Shown: positions 31,109 to 32,000 of the stretch, piece by piece
Position numbering within the stretch: the first letter of the stretch is position 1
Layout: each line of letters opens with the position of its first letter
From: Nonlabens ponticola
GTDB taxonomy: Bacteria > Bacteroidota > Bacteroidia > Flavobacteriales > Flavobacteriaceae
Assembly (NCBI RefSeq): GCF_003966335.1
Contig: NZ_CP034549.1
Span: 2,610,001-2,642,000 of the forward strand
DNA length: 32,000 nt
Direction of reading: 5' to 3'
Notes under the pieces: generated by a model
The model's input: only the letters and a program-made list of their open reading frames with translations
Told to the model about the DNA's origin: nothing
The model's database searches: none
Translations under genes and position numbers: made by a program

Positions 31109-32000
31109 TTAATTTGATAGTATTATTTCGTCAAAGTAGTATTCAAGATCCTGACCAATACCACCGTTACCAAAATCAAAGAATACAACTACCTTAGAAT
31201 ATTCTCTAGATAAATCCTGGGCACTGAAATCATAGACTAATTCTTCCCATTGATTGGCCACAGTATTCGTCACATCAATTTCTGTGCTTATATCAGGATT
31301 AGATTCATTCTCTAATTTTAATTTGATGGTGATACCGCTGACTGGTGCATATGTTTTCATTCTGATTTTAGTTTGCGACTGAAAATCAATAGGATCAGAA
31401 AGTGTGATAAAAGACCCTGCAAAGAATTCTGCACTAGCAGATTTTACACTACGTGCCACGGTGTCAGATGAATTAACGTCGTCTGCATCTGGATTTGAAG
31501 CAATGGATGTTGATGCACCACCGAAATCTACAAAGCTGTATGACTGCGAACTATCCTCAAAACTTAATGGTAAATCCAAAGGGTTTGAACCATCAGATTC
31601 TCTAATGTTATCAAAGTAGTAGCGGTCGCCTTGACCGTCTGTCAAGAAGTCAAAAAAGATGATCACACGTTGATAGTCTACTGACGTATCGATACCCGTA
31701 AAATCAAATGTCAATGTCTCCCATTCACCAGGTGTAGCAGATGTTACCGCGGTAACTTCTCTATTTCTACTAGCATCATCTAGATTCTCAACCTTAAGAT
31801 TAACCACAGATCCTGCTTTTGGGGAAAGAACGTCCACCTGAATTTGTGAAAAGTCATCAAAGTTGATGGCCTGCTCTAGATCTATAAATGCACCTGCAAA
31901 AGATTGCGCACCATTTACTTTAAGGGTAGTTGCTACTATAGGTGATATATTAATTCCTGTCGTCTGTGGATTATCAACGACCGTAGTAGGTGCACCGCCG
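31109..32000 (-). CDS. Repeat-module putative surface glycan-binding protein (5' end outside window)
   Basis: The ORF-track start at 31837 is a GTG. I translated the same frame upstream and found no stop up to base 32000, so the CDS is partial. It contains at least two, probably three, tandem copies of a roughly 110-aa module (GEWETLTFDF...YQRVIIFFDF...YYFDNI and NQWEELVYDF...YSKVVVFFDF...YYFDEI). Confidence 0.7.
   Translation of the reverse strand, partial: GGAPTTVVDNPQTTGINISPIVATTLKVNGAQSFAGAFIDLEQAINFDDFSQIQVDVLSPKAGSVVNLKVENLDDASRNREVTAVTSATPGEWETLTFDFTGIDTSVDYQRVIIFFDFLTDGQGDRYYFDNIRESDGSNPLDLPLSFEDSSQSYSFVDFGGASTSIASNPDADDVNSSDTVARSVKSASAEFFAGSFITLSDPIDFQSQTKIRMKTYAPVSGITIKLKLENESNPDISTEIDVTNTVANQWEELVYDFSAQDLSREYSKVVVFFDFGNGGIGQDLEYYFDEIILSN

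Noticed and set aside
23425-32000. Absence of the palindrome from the last 8.6 kb as a sign that the glycan locus was horizontally acquired
   Set aside because: At about 1 copy per 4.6 kb, a gap of this size is expected fairly often (roughly 15 percent). I saw no compositional break or mobility genes.

Overview
This window looks like core chromosome from a marine Flavobacteriaceae-type bacterium (Bacteroidota). The supports are TAnnTTTG-type promoter boxes, T9SS C-terminal sorting domains, a SusC/D-style glycan-utilisation locus tail and tightly packed operons. Gene content from left to right: split transketolase, an FKBP-like/Asp-rich lipoprotein, hslR-like, a PyrR-like phosphoribosyltransferase, aroK and tRNA-Lys(TTT) plus tRNA-Leu(GAG). 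Next comes a seven-gene carotenoid operon headed by a CarH/LitR-like B12-type MerR regulator (crtI-crtB-crtZ-crtD-cruF-crtY), with a convergent crtA-like gene. After that: ggt, a PagL-like acyloxyacyl hydrolase, aconitase, and a moxR gene downstream of three parvulin-type chaperone genes. The right side holds an SRPBCC protein, two small hypotheticals coupled to an FAD-linked oxidase, and the tail of a laminarin-type locus (binding-module protein, GH16, GH3, T9SS-sorted binding-module protein). I saw no transposase, integrase, CRISPR array, or recognisable defence or prophage genes. The most unusual signal is not a gene. An exact 14-nt perfect palindrome, GCTTTCGCGAAAGC, occurs seven times in 23 kb. 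Five copies sit inside unrelated coding sequences in all three reading frames, and two are intergenic. Their flanks converge on a roughly 24-nt palindrome, RTTACGCTTTCGCGAAAGCGTAAY. I interpret this as a hyper-iterated genomic palindrome (HIP1-like or uptake-sequence-like behaviour) of unknown function.
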